Source: Takakia lepidozioides
Lineage: Eukaryota; Plantae; Bryophyta
Direction of reading: 5' to 3'
DNA length: 64,000 nucleotides
Assembly (NCBI GenBank): GCA_030704615.1
Contig: CM060731.1
Coordinates: forward strand, 33,170,001-33,234,000
The translations under genes and the position numbers were made by a program. Below are positions 12,666 to 26,557 of the stretch, one piece after another (positions within the stretch are counted from its first letter, which is position 1; every line of letters begins with the position of its first letter). Under the pieces are notes generated by a model. It searched no databases. It worked only from the letters and a program-made list of their open reading frames with translations, and was not told the origin of the DNA.

Positions 12666-13491
12666 CCTTAAGTTCCAAAGCGACCTGAATCGGGTCACTT
12701 TGAATTTGCAGTTCGACCTAATTTTTGCAGATCTAATCTGATGGGGCCCACTCCTGAAGCTTTAATGACAAGGGATTTGTCTCTAGTATGATGCAAAAAA
12801 ACAAAATTAAAAAAAAAAGAAAAAAGCTTCGACCTTCAAAAAATATCTTAGATCTCTCATTTACGTTTTGGGGCCTGAAAAGGGCTTGTTGATCGCTGAT
12901 GTGGCAGGTAAACAAGCCCAAAACAGATTGCACTCCAAAGGCCATTTTTGGCATAAGATTAACAATTTTGGAAAAAGCACTTCACCTTGTGGTGTGTGAG
13001 CATTACATACACACATCCACCATTGGCTTTTAAGAAATTTGTAGAAAAAAAAGTACTTCATTTGGAGGCACATTTTCTCTTGTCAATTTTGAGATTTCAA
13101 CCCCATGTAATTGCATGCAAAGCAACCATAGGTGAAAAAATCAGTTGGACCTGCAATTTAGTGGGGTCATAGCCACTCCACTATTGATTTGGAAATGGTG
13201 GGTCTTGGGGCAACCAAAATTGGAGAAAGCTAGGTTTTGATTTGGTCAAACCAATTTCTTTCTCACTTTTTCCTTGGGACCTGATATTTGAGGTCCGGGC
13301 CAACGCTATAATCGCACAATTTCCAGGGTGGACTTGGCTCCTTTTTTGGTATGTCATGCATAAATGAGCTGGGCCCATTGCTATAAGGCTGGAATCTCTT
13401 GATGATTTTCGGTAGGTTTCTAGGGGCAATTTACTGCAGTTGGGTACCCAAAATTGGTAAAAAGTCAAAAAAGGGCTTGGGAACTTAAGGA
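12666..13491. mobile_element. piggyBac-like non-autonomous TIR element
   Basis: TTAA at 12662-12665 and 13492-13495 flank the inverted ends CCTTAAGTTCCAAAGC / GCTTGGGAACTTAAGG(A). Confidence 0.6.
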
Positions 13492-14560
13492 TTAACAGGT
13501 CCGCGTATGCAAAATCAGGCTCCTGATATTCAACTACTGGCGCTTTCTGGAAAAAAAAACTTCAATTTTTACACTCCATAATTCCTTTGTAAAACTACAT
13601 GACCCATTTTCCAGGTCGAAATCTGGCAAATGTTTTGCTAGAGGAAAAAGAAAAAAGAAAAAAAGAAAAAAACACAGTGAGTGTGTTGATACTCTTACAA
13701 AGTATTATGTTTTGAAATTGGGGTGTATGTTTCATATGGTAGGTATAATGAACTTATATCAATGATACTATTAATATGTAGAGCAGTTTCATTGGGGCCT
13801 GATTCTAGAGTGGTCTAGGAATTGCTGTGGCCCAGGAATTAGAGTGGGGCCCTTATGCAGGAAGGCCACTTGTATTAAGGAGATGAGGGGGTCCAAAAAA
13901 AGAAGGGAGGAATTGGCCAAATTTAGAATAGGAAGTCTTGTAGGGTTGACATGTGTCCGGGGCCTTCTAGAAGGGTCCCTCAGAGGGGGGGGGGTTTTAG
14001 AAGGGTCCCACCGCCCCGAGAGGGTATATAAGGGACAAGGGGTAAAAGGGTATGTAAGAGGGTACAAAAGTGTCATGTTGAAATTGGGATGTATGTTTGA
14101 TGGTAGGTATAATGAGCTTTTATACATCGACAAAGGTATCATAAATTGGACCAATTACAAATTGAAGTCTTAAAATTTAGAGTACAAAAACAATATTGGA
14201 AATCCGAGCCCTCAGTGTTAATGGTCCTGTGATAGAGTGTTGTTGCAAGAAGTACAGTATTCTGTCAAGTATTCTGTCATTACTTGTAAACTTTCTAATT
14301 CCGTGAGGGAGTGCATAGGACACTATGAGGAAGTTGGCGGATGGCAAGCCTCGCAGCCGGGGACCACTAGGTGGCTGTCTTTGAACTACATATTGAGTAT
14401 GCCATTCAAAGCTGAAGGATGGGGGTTGCTGGGGAGAGGAACACGCTTTTTCCATGTCCCTCCCGGTCCACCTTTCTCATACCTTCTCCTGAGATCATAT
14501 TTTTAAAGCACAAATTTGTGCAGATATGATGGGTGATTAGCCTTGTCTACTGGATCACCC

Positions 14561-15635
14561 TCATCCAACTTCAGTGTGTGCTTGTAACTGTGATAATGGT
14601 TTGACAACCAACTTCTCCCCTTTCTTCAGTTTCTCCCCAGAGTCTGAGAGACACATTATGCTCTCAAATGCCTCCACCAGCACACGGACCCTACTGCCCT
14701 CATTCAACTGTGGCCTCTTATTGATGGCTTCTTCAATGGCAGTATCCAACATCCACTCCCCTGCCTGCCTCCTCTCTTTTACCTCTCCCTGCTTAAGCGT
14801 CACTGTCCTAGTTGTCGGTCTCTCGGAATGTGGGGAGTCCTTCCTCTCTCCCTTTCTTACCACAACCGTGTCTTCTACTGGCACCTTGCCCCCAGGTGGG
14901 TTCTGCTTTTCTGCCTTCTTGAGCTCAAGTTGCTCATTGAGTGGGGTTTCACGTTCCTGTACATTGTGGTTTTCAGTTGCTTTCCATACCAGAGTCCGGC
15001 TGCCAGACATCTCGCTCTCTGTCAAGTTTAATGCTTGCATTGTTGTGCTTCTGCCTTCAAGTTTTGATTCGAGCTTCTCCACTGCAATAGTATGACAACA
15101 AAAATGAAATTAATGCAACACTCAGTGGAAAGGATACTATGAAGTCACGAGAATGTAAACAATTTCAAACATTACTGTCGCATTAATGCCATCCAACAAA
15201 ACCCAAACATTGTTACCCACCTTTTCTGATGTTTAGTTTGAGTCGGATCAGATTTTAGCATCAATACCACACAATTAATGTACCTGGTGCATGAACGTGC
15301 CTCTCGACCTTCTTTGAAATCACAGTCTCGGTTATTGCTGCACCGCTAAGCTGATCGTTATGCCTCCACCTGACTCCTTGATTGGTGGAGTATTTCTTGA
15401 CACCAGATCGGTCGAGCCCATTTGCATCTACAGTTGATGGTGATTTGGACACTGACGCACCCCTCTGTTGATTATCATGGAGAAATGCTTTTCGGTATTT
15501 ACCATGTTTAGGACAGTTGGGGTCGATACTCACGATCTCAAGAAGTTCACCAACATCACTCCCGTCACTACAAGACTCGTCGTCTGAAGTAATTTCTGTC
15601 TCCGCTATGACAGGTTTAGGTAGCTCCCCACCAGT
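14561..15635 (-). CDS. 3' exons of a plant calmodulin-binding-domain protein (PICBP-like CaM_binding domain)
   Basis: The last exon 15081-14561 encodes GEWMLDTAIEEAINK..SRVRVLVEAFESIM, typical of the plant CaM_binding domain. It joins in phase via GT..AG to exon 15635-15284. Further 5' exons (probably up to about 19.4 kb) could not be resolved. Confidence 0.72.
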
Positions 15636-16677
15636 CTGTCAAACACAGTATTCCAGAATGCTCTGTATGAGGATGGTCCAAGTTATATCAGTCACCTTCT
15701 GAGCACCCGTAGTTGGAATCCATGTGAACGACTACCACATGAGCCCCCAATGACAGTGGAAAACGTATGCCAGTCTATATGTGAACCAAGCAGATAGTGA
15801 ATCATAGTCATCATGCTGCTCAAAAATGTTATCTATCATAGGGCACTTTGATGGACTGGCCTGCAAGATGTTGGGATTTAGATGGCGAGGATTAGCTTTA
15901 CTTGCACGATTAATACACTTTGGCAAGAAAATACTGGCCTCTGGAATGGATGTCCTCCTGTGATCAGCAGTTTCTTTACGAAACCACGAAGAGGACAAAG
16001 GTAGGGGACGTTCGCCATGACTGAACCCTGAAAGAATTTTGTTTTTGCATATCAGAATCTTTCTGGTGGGCACAGCTGCAGGACCTGCATGTTGGGAGCC
16101 GGGAACCGCAACCCCCCGGGATTGTGCCTGTCTGCAACATGGGCAGGACTCTTGTTGATCAGTGAGTGCTTGGATGTATCTTCTCCAGGCAGTGTAACTT
16201 GAGAGTAAAATAGAAAATGGGTAAAAGCTAATGCTCTCCATAGTTATTGTTGGATAAACGCACGCCTGACTTCACTCAGGTCCCTCCTGCTACGGGTGCG
16301 AAGCTCCTAAGCACGCTTTGGGATCCGAACCAGTGACTACAAAATAAGCAGCGTTCTGGTATATTAAGAACAGTCTTTCCCAGCTTTGGGCATGCATAAG
16401 AATCTTAAATAAGCAGATTTTGCATGTTGATGTACTGCTGGATACGGGAGTATTGATGCTAGTCAGGTTCCTATATGCGAGGTGAGCTGAGAAGTGAAGG
16501 AGTTTCGGACCAAACTTGTAACTGGTTCAAGAGTGCCTGTTCCGCCTACACTTTTGCTCACCAATCAGGCATCGTTTCTGGGTGGTTATCAGTCTTGCAT
16601 CAGGGGATTGGCAGAAATTCATGGGAGGCAAAATCGCTGATATCAGGTGAAAATAACAGTCATCATTTAGTTGAGAA

Positions 16678-16732
16678 TGTACTCAAACGTTGTTTGCCTT
16701 AGCCTTGTGGCCATCGACCCCGCGCCCTGTTT
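16678..16732 (-). mobile_element. Short 3' fragment of LINE family A
   Basis: The reverse complement reads GGGCGCGGGGTCGATGGCCACAAGGCTAAGGCAAACAACGTTTGAGTACA. Confidence 0.7.
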
Positions 16733-19701
16733 CCATTTGGCCGATACAGCCCAAAGAACTGACAGCTGCTTGGGACCACCAAACGGAAGAAGGAACTTAG
16801 ACTGAAATTAGTAGTCTCAGTTGAATGACAAAGACACTAACCTCAATGAACCCGTTTGATGTTTGTGAGGTGGCAAGTCAAAGTTCGGTCTGATGTGCTT
16901 GAGACTGTTGGCTGGAGCTCCCTTAGAGCCCCTTCTCAAGTTCCTGGAGGAGGCGGGTCTCGAGTCTGATGGGAGCTCTTCGATGATCATTTCTGATGCC
17001 ACAGCAAATTGGGATCTTTCCTTCACTTCATTGTACTAAGAATTATGACCTGCATGTTCAGGGACCTTTTCTTCACATACCCATTTTGAAAATCATCATT
17101 GAGAAGATCGTTGAAGAGAAAGAAGACCAATATTGCAGTGCAAGATGAATTTGGTTCCAAGCAAGCTGTTCTGGTTCTCAAATTGAATGACTCTGTTTGC
17201 AAGATAAGGGCAACACAAGTGGCTTCACAGAATCCCTAGACAGAAACCCCATCAGTTGCACTGGGCTTGCAGAGTCCTGTAAGTACCAGTATCCGTTTCA
17301 GCCCTTTGCCTACCTAGGAATTTATAAGATTGCTGTCAGCTGTGTGGAAGAAATAAGGATTTTGGACTGATGAATCTATCATTCGACTGTTGCAGAGGTG
17401 AGTTGTATGGGGCATAGCTTTTGCGAGGCCTTGAACTGATATACTACATTTTTGCTTGATTGGGCAATCAGTTGGGAGGAGCTTTCCATTGTTAGTCTAC
17501 ACATTTTGGTAGGTTCCATTTTTTACTGCTTAGATCCCAGCTTAGCTTGTTCTCCCACTTTCTTTCATGTAGGTCCTCAGAGGGGAGGGTGTGGGGTCCC
17601 CAGTGGTTCTCAGTGGCCAAAAATGATTAGGTGGAACTATTCACTTCTTCACTTCAGTTTCACACCCAAACAGGCCAGAATGATTCTAGACCCCATGAAT
17701 GAGAATGGAAGATTACATTGTGCAATAACACAGTTTCTAATTTGCAAGAGCGCGAGGCTTATCATGTGCAGAGTACTGTAGACATTGGCTCTCTGCTCTT
17801 TCAACCAGGAAACCTTTGCTCTAGCCAAAATTGTCGCACACAACCTTGGTTTCCACAAAGCTACTGTCTCCTTGTGCAAGCACCTCAGGAAAGGCAAAGA
17901 AAGTCATTCCTAGAGTTGTGATCCCTGGGCAGACAATAACAGGGTGGTGCATCACTTATGCTGCACTGAACTACAAAGCTACATACAACTAAGGAATTTC
18001 CTGTTGGTCCATATCCTTGGATTGCCTTGACACAGCTCCTCCTAAACTTGAACTTGCTTGTTGCATGAAAAACTAAAAGTGGACAGCTCAACTATTGGAG
18101 CACGCCTATAAAACCTATGCTGCAGCCCGTGTAGCACAGAATTGACAGGTAGTACAAGGATATTCGAGTATAGAAATACTGGGAGGGAGACTCAGGAATG
18201 TAAATAAATAGAAATGGCCATCACCCTAACAATGTGATATGGGATTTTGGAAAGCTCGAGATGATCAAGACCTCATTTATCGAAAAGTCAAAACCCTCCC
18301 TTGTGAAAACTGAGATTCAAACTAAGGCAAGGATCTCGGGGGTCCTATTAAACCAACCTGAATCTCGCCTGCACAGCTTAAGAGAATGGAACGAAATGAA
18401 AAATGTCAAATGTAGGCAGCAAAGCCTGCAGATTTCTGTGACCATCCTGAGTTCACATAGCTTACAACCAACATTGGTGGTCATATTTATGACTTGGCAT
18501 GAAACTCCAGTGAGAGATAAAACATGTGACTCTCATAGGCTTGTGCGGTTTCAAACTCCCCAGACTGCAAAACTCGATTACCATCCGATGTACACCAGAG
18601 CTGTGGCTTACTACTGGCATTCCAGGAATATCCTCTCTCCAAAAGCCAGATCAAAGGAAAACATCCTCCACCTCGAAAACAAAAAGGGTAAATTACTGTA
18701 GATTGTGGGGGGATGTATGGCTTAACATTATATACTGGGAATGTGAGCTAAAATTCAACTACTTAATATGTGAAGGGTACAGAAATTGACTCCCCTGAAC
18801 AGTAGACCTGCCTAAGTGGTAGTTATGTGCTCCATCAATGGCAAGTCTGAAGTGTTGTATGTAATGTGTACTAACTGGACAACTGTAATTTAAACTCAAA
18901 CAGATTAATGACTAGGAGGTATAAAAAATATGAACAGTGTATACAGAGAGCATGGCAGCTCATGAGTTTCTACACTAAAATTGGGGGTCAGACTGGAGGG
19001 CATCGAGTTCCTTTCAGCTTCTGACCATCAAACAATAAACGAAAGAAATTTACAACAAACTAATCAGACTCAAGGGGATGAAGAAGAAAGATAGATTAGA
19101 ACTCTAAACGTAAACAATGTAAGACAGATAGACAGCTGGTGTTGGTGGTCTCGTCACTCTCTTCACGAGACGGCCAGCGAGGAGAGTTGTAAGATCATTC
19201 AACAGGAGCTGCATACTGAAGAAATTAAAAATGCATGTATAGCTTCACAAACCCAACCTCTCCAAAGCTTGTGTCTTTGGAAAATGTCCTTAGCTGGTCG
19301 TTCTCGGATCCAGATGGCCCTGTTTCCAACGCAAAGGGCACGAACAAATAGTAGAGATGGTGATGCACTGCAAAAAGAGTGTCAGAGTTAAATGTCCCTT
19401 CGCAGTACTGTTGCCACGGGATTCCAATAGACACTCTCGCCAGCAACAGACCTCTTCGCACCATTTAGGGTTCATCCTCTCGACCTAATGTGTGCGTCTT
19501 AGGGCTCATGTCAATTGTTGACTTTCGTGATGTCACACCAAGTTCACACGTCATAACCGTTTTTTTAGAGCAGACTCGCTGACGTGGCGTGTTTCTACTG
19601 CATTTGAGGAGGAGTGCTATATATGGTATTCTACGACCTACTAGATTTTAACTACCAACACGGCTCGGTAGGTCCTGGCTCCCTGCTATATAGGTACGTA
19701 C

Positions 19702-20402
19702 CAGTGTTGTACTGGTATGTGCCAGTCGGCGGCGTATAGGTGAGGATATGCCAGAACCAACCCAGCTGGTATGTCATGCAACCTATACCCCGGTTGTATG
19801 TAGAACTTAGGGTTTAGGGTTCCAGACATACCCAAACTGATACCATACCAGTCAGAGTAGCTGGCGGAGCGGTACTGCGATTGGGAACAGTACTAGGGGG
19901 GAGTGTTTTGAGATGGGAGGGGTAGAAGATATCGCATACAATGGTCAGCGTATAAGGTATGGCATACAAGGTACAATATACAGGATTTCTTCTGTTTTTG
20001 TCATAGCATCCAGCTTTTCTCCCATTTGTTACGATCCAGCCTTACAATACAAAGACCTTCACTAATTTATGAGCAATACAGATTAGTTTGCATGGGCATG
20101 TGTGATTGCAATTTTTGTTTACTTTTTGTATGTTGCCCTCAATCTGGTTTATTTTCAGCTTTGAATTCAATATGATGACAGTTGGGGTATACCATACCAT
20201 TGTACATACTACCCCAGTATGTCATTTGAGTTTTTGCCATACCCATGCCTAGGACCAGGGTATCTCAAAATGGAAAATACCCATACCCATCCTATAACCT
20301 ACTCCTAATCTACACTGGGCCCTACCTGTTGGACCCAACAGCCACGTTGGACCTACCAGGTCCAGTCTGGTATGCCAAAATGGACATACCAGTACAATAC
20401 TG
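19702..20402. mobile_element. hAT-type non-autonomous element (MITE)
   Basis: TIRs CAGTGTTGTACTGGTATGT / ACATACCAGTACAATACTG, 8-bp TSD GTACGTAC / ATACGTAC, and internal GGTAT/ATACC subterminal motifs. Confidence 0.8.
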
Positions 20403-22914
20403 ATACGTACAAGGGTTTAACTGACTTGCTCACTGCCCTAAAAACCAGATATGTCCGGTGGTAGCGCTCGAGAGCAGGGGCTCCTCTCGAATGCTACCTG
20501 GATGGAGTGGAATTGAAGGGCCCACCGGATTGCTTTCGCTTGTCACCCACGGAAGATGATGAGGAGTCAGGAAGAGTGGGAGGGGACTCAGCCAATTGCA
20601 GGGGAGTGTCGGTAAGCAATCTGCATTAATTAGCCCAGTCAACTGTCAATCAACGATATCTGTGCAGAATGGACAGTTATAAAAGAAAGTGATCATACAT
20701 ATGGATCAGTGAGATTTGTCAGTTGGGGGTGAGCCTAAAGAACACTGATAATCACGTCACGATAGTCACGAGGTAGCTCTGTCGGTATGTACTGTAGGGG
20801 CTCAATACAAAGATCCCTGGAGGCTGGCATGTGCCCAAAAGGTACGACATACAGGAGTAACACTGACACTGAGCTTTTAAAAGTATTACTAACAGTGTAT
20901 AGCATTCCGTTGAGAACATGTCAAACAATTTCTTTTTCCAAACTGCGTGCCTGCAGATTGAACGGGATGCTTTGGAAACTTGCGAGGGTTTGCTAGTCGT
21001 CCAGTCGTTCACGCTATTTCGACAGTGATGTGCATAGTGTGAGGCAATTGACATATCCTGAAGTGCACGAGCTGGTCAAACTGAGTGTCTGCATGCCTAT
21101 TGAAATTTGAAGATGTGACTGGTCACAGTAGTTAGGAAGGAATTTCCTGACTAAGTTTACCGCCCATACTGGTTGAGGACAACATCAGAATCATCGGTAT
21201 CCACTGGGCAGTGCAGAGTGTCTTTTATTGAAATATGAGGCTGCAGATCTATAGATGCGATGAAAGCAGCACCCCAAAACAAAAACACAAAAATTGTTGT
21301 CTATGAAGGAAGAGCCGTGACAGTCGAACAAACTGCAGATGACGATGCAAGTTTAGGATATAAGAGTGATGTGGATCCAACTGAGATTGCCGTTCTGGCA
21401 CGTCTGTACGTGTGTAAATAGAAAATGGCAGTGAGCACATGGCAACTACTCACGATCGGTGTTCTTCTTCTTCGTCCTCATCCTGTCAGTGATACCCTGA
21501 CTACTATCATTCTATATCATAGATATTCCATTGTTTTACAGATTATGTATAGTGGACCTACAAACCTACCGTGCAAAGTGGAGTTTGGCTGTAAATGTAT
21601 TCGGGTCCAATATTTACTATGAACCTCTTTCCTCAAAATCTTTTCTACAGTTCAAGATGGAGACAGTGATCAGCATGTCGCAGTCAGTTCGCACACAAAT
21701 CAGGGGGCCTCCTGAACTGTATAGCCATGCCATCCCCCTACAAAAGGTGGTTACAAGTTACAGCGCTCGACCAGCTACCCTGGAACTCCGGAGAGATTAT
21801 GGGTGCGGTCAAGATTCATTACAATATATCAACATTCATATACAACAACACAGGAGACATTCCAACCCATGTGCTCCACAGTCGAATCTCAAAATCCCAA
21901 AGATCTCACTCCATACCTATTCACAGAAAGAATATTCACAAACTCTTGCATATACCTCTCCAACCTATCACAAAGCACATTCCATCCCTGCGAGTATCCC
22001 GACACTCAATGCAAATGGTGGGCTGACGTACCTACCGCATCTCCTAGTCCAGAGACACTGACCTTCGGGCAGGGTGGTGCACACCAGTCGAGTTCAGCAA
22101 ATCCGAATGCTAATTTCAGCACAACGTAAACCGGAGGGACACTTTTTCAAATGGTTTACTCTACTTCACTCGATTCCTCTTCCAACTATGTCAAGATGCT
22201 TGTGCGGTAAAAGAGAGGAAGCGTGGCGTGCATGAGGTGAAGGCAGGATTCCAGGACGCGTTTTCTTCACTGGGCCCACACGCTTTCAACCGCTCTCTGC
22301 GTTATATTCAATGTTCTTCATAAATTTTTTGGACTACTCCTTGGAGAGTACGATACTTTTTGTCACCACAACTTTTCGACTCACGTCAAAATAAGCTCGA
22401 ATTTTCACAACCATTGCCGCTCCGAGCTCAGTGGGCGCCCATATTGCGGAGCATTACGCGGCAGAAGTGTAGACGCCAATAGGTAGCTTCGAAGTTCGTC
22501 TATGCCTATACCGACAGGCGCGGGGCACGAGGGAATGCAAAACCAACTCACCTCTGAACACCAGGGAATGGGCCGCGGCAGGCAGACCTTACTAATAACC
22601 CAGACAGGAGAGGGCGTCGTACATCATTGCCTGGTGTGTTTGGGTGGTGGGTTCTCGCTTGCGTGGGTGCCATGGTTTAATTTGTATCAAGTCCATAATA
22701 TGTAAGTAAGTACCCCAAGTTGAATGGAAAAAACGTCCCGCAATGGGCAGTCGACATGGAATCCAATGTAAAGGAGGGAGTTTGTCCCACAATGTCCTCA
22801 CTGCAGTAAGATTTAGCTCTCAACCACTCCAACCCACTTGATTGACGACTCAAGTACAAAACTTCGAACCCAAATTTTGGAAGGAGTTTTTTTTTATGAG
22901 GCCTAAAATACATA

Positions 22915-23584
22915 CCGTAGGTTCATAGCAGATTAGGCACAAATTAAATTTAAAAACAAATGCCTACGCAAATCTGTGATTTTTCAAGATTTATGCCTAA
23001 AAGGTTGGAAAAATAATATGAAAGTGCCTTAATTCAGTAAAATTGTCTAAAAAAATCCTACTCTATATAATTTCGAGAACAAAAAAACAAATGCCTCCAT
23101 AAATATTCAAAAAGTATAGGCCAACTCCCTAGGTCCATACAATCTCCAAAGGACCTTCCAATGAGTCTCCAACATCATGCATATGCTCATCATTGAAGTC
23201 TTCATCCCCATTCAAGTCAGGTACATATGAGTCTTCAATCCGCAAATTTCCAAGGCAGCAACTCTCTCCACCACCTCAATATCAAGATAGAAATCTAGTA
23301 CTGACCCCTGAGCAACTAAGAGTCATTTCCGCTTCCACTTGAGGAGCTGCGGCTGTAAACAAAGGCTCTGTAAAATTGGCTCTCATAGCCTCACACTGAA
23401 ACTGAATAAGGGTGACATAACAAAAAAGCATGTAACATTTATCCAGGGTTGACTGTAATACATGCCTAATGTTTGGAAAATGCCTAGGTGAGGTGCCTAA
23501 ATAATAAAAACGAATCTGCCTAATAATATTCCAAATTTAATAATTATTAGGCACTCGGGTGCCTAATCTGCTATGAACCTACAG
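22915..23584. mobile_element. Tc1/mariner-type non-autonomous element
   Basis: 26-bp TIR C(C/T)GTAGGTTCATAGCAGATTAGGCAC with one mismatch, and TA on both flanks. Confidence 0.8.
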
Positions 23585-24986
23585 TAATACATATAGCGGA
23601 GGAAAGCCCTTACTTCCAACATGATACTAAGTTACTGCCATGTTTCCTAAAACAAAAAAACAAAAAAAATGTTACTCTGGGTGGACACAGCCCCACTTTG
23701 AAAACTAGGACTACCAACCAATCGTGATGTAAGAGCCCGGTTGGAGGGGTACTCCCAAACGCCCCCCAAGCAAGCGCCCCCATAAGGGAATCGCCCCTTG
23801 CAAAAGAGAGGGGGTGGTTCCTAGTACAGGTTTCCATTCACCCCTCTAGAAATCTTTGGCACCAATTGTTGTGGGCCCGTGACATATTAAATGATAATTA
23901 ATATAAGTTTAGGTTGAAAATGTCAAAAATCATTCCCTCTCCTAAAATCTAACTTACTTTGGATGGAAATTAGTGGTATTCTGTAAGGCTGCATCTGGTG
24001 TGTCATGAAGGTGTCCACCTTCCTTTGGAAGGCAGTAGCCCTTTGGGGTCAAGTGACACCATAAGTTACGCTCCCTTGGGGAGGTGTCATACTTTACTTT
24101 TTGTAAGGCTGCGGCCCCGCTGTAGGAAAAGACAAAGGTGTCAGTTAGGGCCCATGAAACTCCATCTCCCTTTGTGAAAAAGGGACATCTTTTTTGCGCC
24201 CCTTAGGGAATATGCTATTTCGACCAATAACGCCTCGTTAATCCTGGGGCGATTTATGGGGGGTGCGCTTCAGCTGCCCATGGAACCTGGCTCTAAGAAT
24301 CACAACAAAGGAGGCCCACTTCAGTAAGGCCACCGGCTAACATGATCACTGACCAAACTTGTGACACCAACAGTTTCACCTTCCAACAGCAAATTTCTCT
24401 TCCTGTATATATTTGTGCTACACTAATCCACAGCAGGCTTTTCTCTTGCTTTGAACATCATAACAACTGCACATGCACCAATGCCTAAGGATGCAAAGTT
24501 ACAAGGGAGAGAAGAGCGACTGTCAATTTCATAAATTACTACAACAGATCTTTCTCAGTTTGGCTCAAGGCAGCCAAAATTATTCTAATTGAGGGAAGAC
24601 ACATGAGTAACATGGAGGACTCTTTTAAGGGAGGACTCAGGAGTAACAAAGTAAAGCAAAAGCGAGAGAGAAAGTAGAGAGAAAGGAAAAAACATGTATG
24701 TGAGACAATCCTTTAAAGGGGACTAACCCTTTTTTTTTTCCTTAACCCTTTAAGGTGCCATGACTGGTCAGACTAGGTACACTCAAGTCCAGTACATCGT
24801 TCGGCGCACTAACTACCATGATCACTGACCATGCTATTTAAGGAGCATTAGGGTTTCACTTATAATAATTAACCAGTAGTAAATAGTAATTTTAGGTATA
24901 ATATAGTGTAGGTAGGCTAAAAAGTTATGAGGACCTTTGAAGTAACAAATAACGTGGGTGGAGAAAGTTGGTCCTTTCGTCCTTTC

Positions 24987-25843
24987 CAGTGTTGTGCGGG
25001 TTCTACCTTTTTAAGGAACCCACCGGGTCCGGGTGCGGGTTTTTTTTCGGAGCCAAGTCCGGGTCCTGATCCGGGTTTTTGAAATTTGGAAAATCCGGGT
25101 CGGGGTCCTAATTTATTGATTAAATGAATTAGAAAAATAAGATTAATTAGGGATAAAATTATTTGTGGCTGGAAAAAACTTTAAATCTTAATAATGAATT
25201 TTATTTTAAGAGACATTCCTTCAAAATATACCATGAATATGAATATGTATACCACGAATAAGAATTAAAATAGAAGTTTGAGTTCCATTTTCTATTTTCA
25301 ATTCTCTAAACATGTTAAGAATAGTAATATGCCTCAAGGGTAGATCACTATAGCATGGATGTGTGGGATCTGGCCTAATAATAATATGTGACGCCTCCTT
25401 TGGGAGGTGTAAATTATGGTCCCATAGGGCACAACTTTGTGACACCACCCCGTGGATTGAACCCACAACCGCTTTTGAGGTGGTATGTGGGCATTACCAT
25501 TGGGCTACAACGTGGTGGGGCTGGCTGCTGCAGTGGCCTATTGCTGCTCGTCCCCTCCACACATATGACAAAACCTACCAAATCTAAGGTGGACCCCAGC
25601 CCCATTTAAAATTAAGACCGGACCCTGACCCGCTACATTGGCCCGCGGGTAGCAGCGGGTTTAACGGGTTCTGGACCCAGCAGGCGGGTCCGGATCAAGT
25701 TTCGGGTTCATTTTAGAAATGAACCCGGGTCAGGGTCCGGGTTTTTTGTGATAGCACAGGTCCGGGTCCGGGTGCGGGTGCGGGTAACCCGGATCCTAAC
25801 CCGCCGGGTATCCGCCTTCAAAACCCGGACCCGCACAACACTG
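24987..25843. mobile_element. hAT-type non-autonomous element
   Basis: TIR CAGTGTTGTGCGGGT / ACCCGCACAACACTG, perfect 8-bp TSD GTCCTTTC, and many CGGGT/ACCCG subterminal repeats. Confidence 0.9.
25444..25510 (-). repeat. tRNA-derived SINE-like head inside the hAT element
   Basis: The minus strand has A-box-like TAGCCCAATGGT (25507-25496) and B-box-like GGTTCAATCC (25463-25454) but no full cloverleaf. A similar head lies at about 45982-46031. Confidence 0.45.
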
Positions 25844-26114
25844 GTCCTTTCTCAAGAACCATATGGAAGGCTGGAAGCACCATGGGACCTGGTAGTAGGA
25901 GCTTGGAGAGAGTTGAGGAAGCTAAAATGGGAGGGTACGAGTTGTGTACATATTTTCATCTGGTTTATTGAATTCATCAGTTTCATAGCCGTGATTTTGA
26001 TAAAGATATATATATGACGCCGGCCGAAACTAGCGTAAACTTTGATAAAGAGAATTAGATTAGTGGAAGAAAATATTAGCTTTAAAACTCAAAACGGTTT
26101 TAAGAAAAGCCGCT

Positions 26115-26557
26115 TCAATGAGAACAATGACGTTTAGGGAATGTGATTAAACCTACAGACATAAAATCCAGTGTGCAGAGCAGGATGCAAGCAATGGAAG
26201 AGTGTCCTCATAATCATAGAGGCTCCTCATGAATTGTCAAATTCAATAGTAAAAAATGTGTTACTGACGAGGAGTGTATGCATTGCGGGTTTAGTGAGGT
26301 TAACTTAGGATATATTTGTCATAGTGCAAATATGGGAGATGCCATCATGGATAATAGGTCATTTCAAGTCTATTTAAATGATAAATCATTGAAATGGCCC
26401 ATTTAGTTCTATCAACAATGGTATTGTTATTGAAGTTGACAATTCATGAAGAGTCAGTTTGATTATGAGGACATTGTTCAATTGCTTGCATTAGTTAGCT
26501 TTGCACAATGAATTGATGATTTATGTGTGCATTTCTTAAACATCTCATTGTATTGAT
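26115..26557. repeat. Degenerate long inverted repeat (old foldback element or MITE)
   Basis: 26173-26250 is an imperfect reverse complement of 26427-26507 (GCAAGCAAT..TGTCCTCATAATCA..CATGAATTGTCAA). Confidence 0.65.

Noticed and set aside
13705-14150. About 70-bp direct repeats (13705-13780 and 14073-14150) as LTRs of a TRIM
   Set aside because: No TG..CA ends, PBS, PPT or TSD; probably fragments of an old repeat.
20430-22200. Small spliced gene on the minus strand
   Set aside because: Several splice-like sites and short coding-like pieces exist, but no consistent in-frame model or recognisable domain could be assembled.
24742-24855. Second piggyBac-like end (TTAACCCTTTAAGG)
   Set aside because: No convincing partner TIR or second TTAA.
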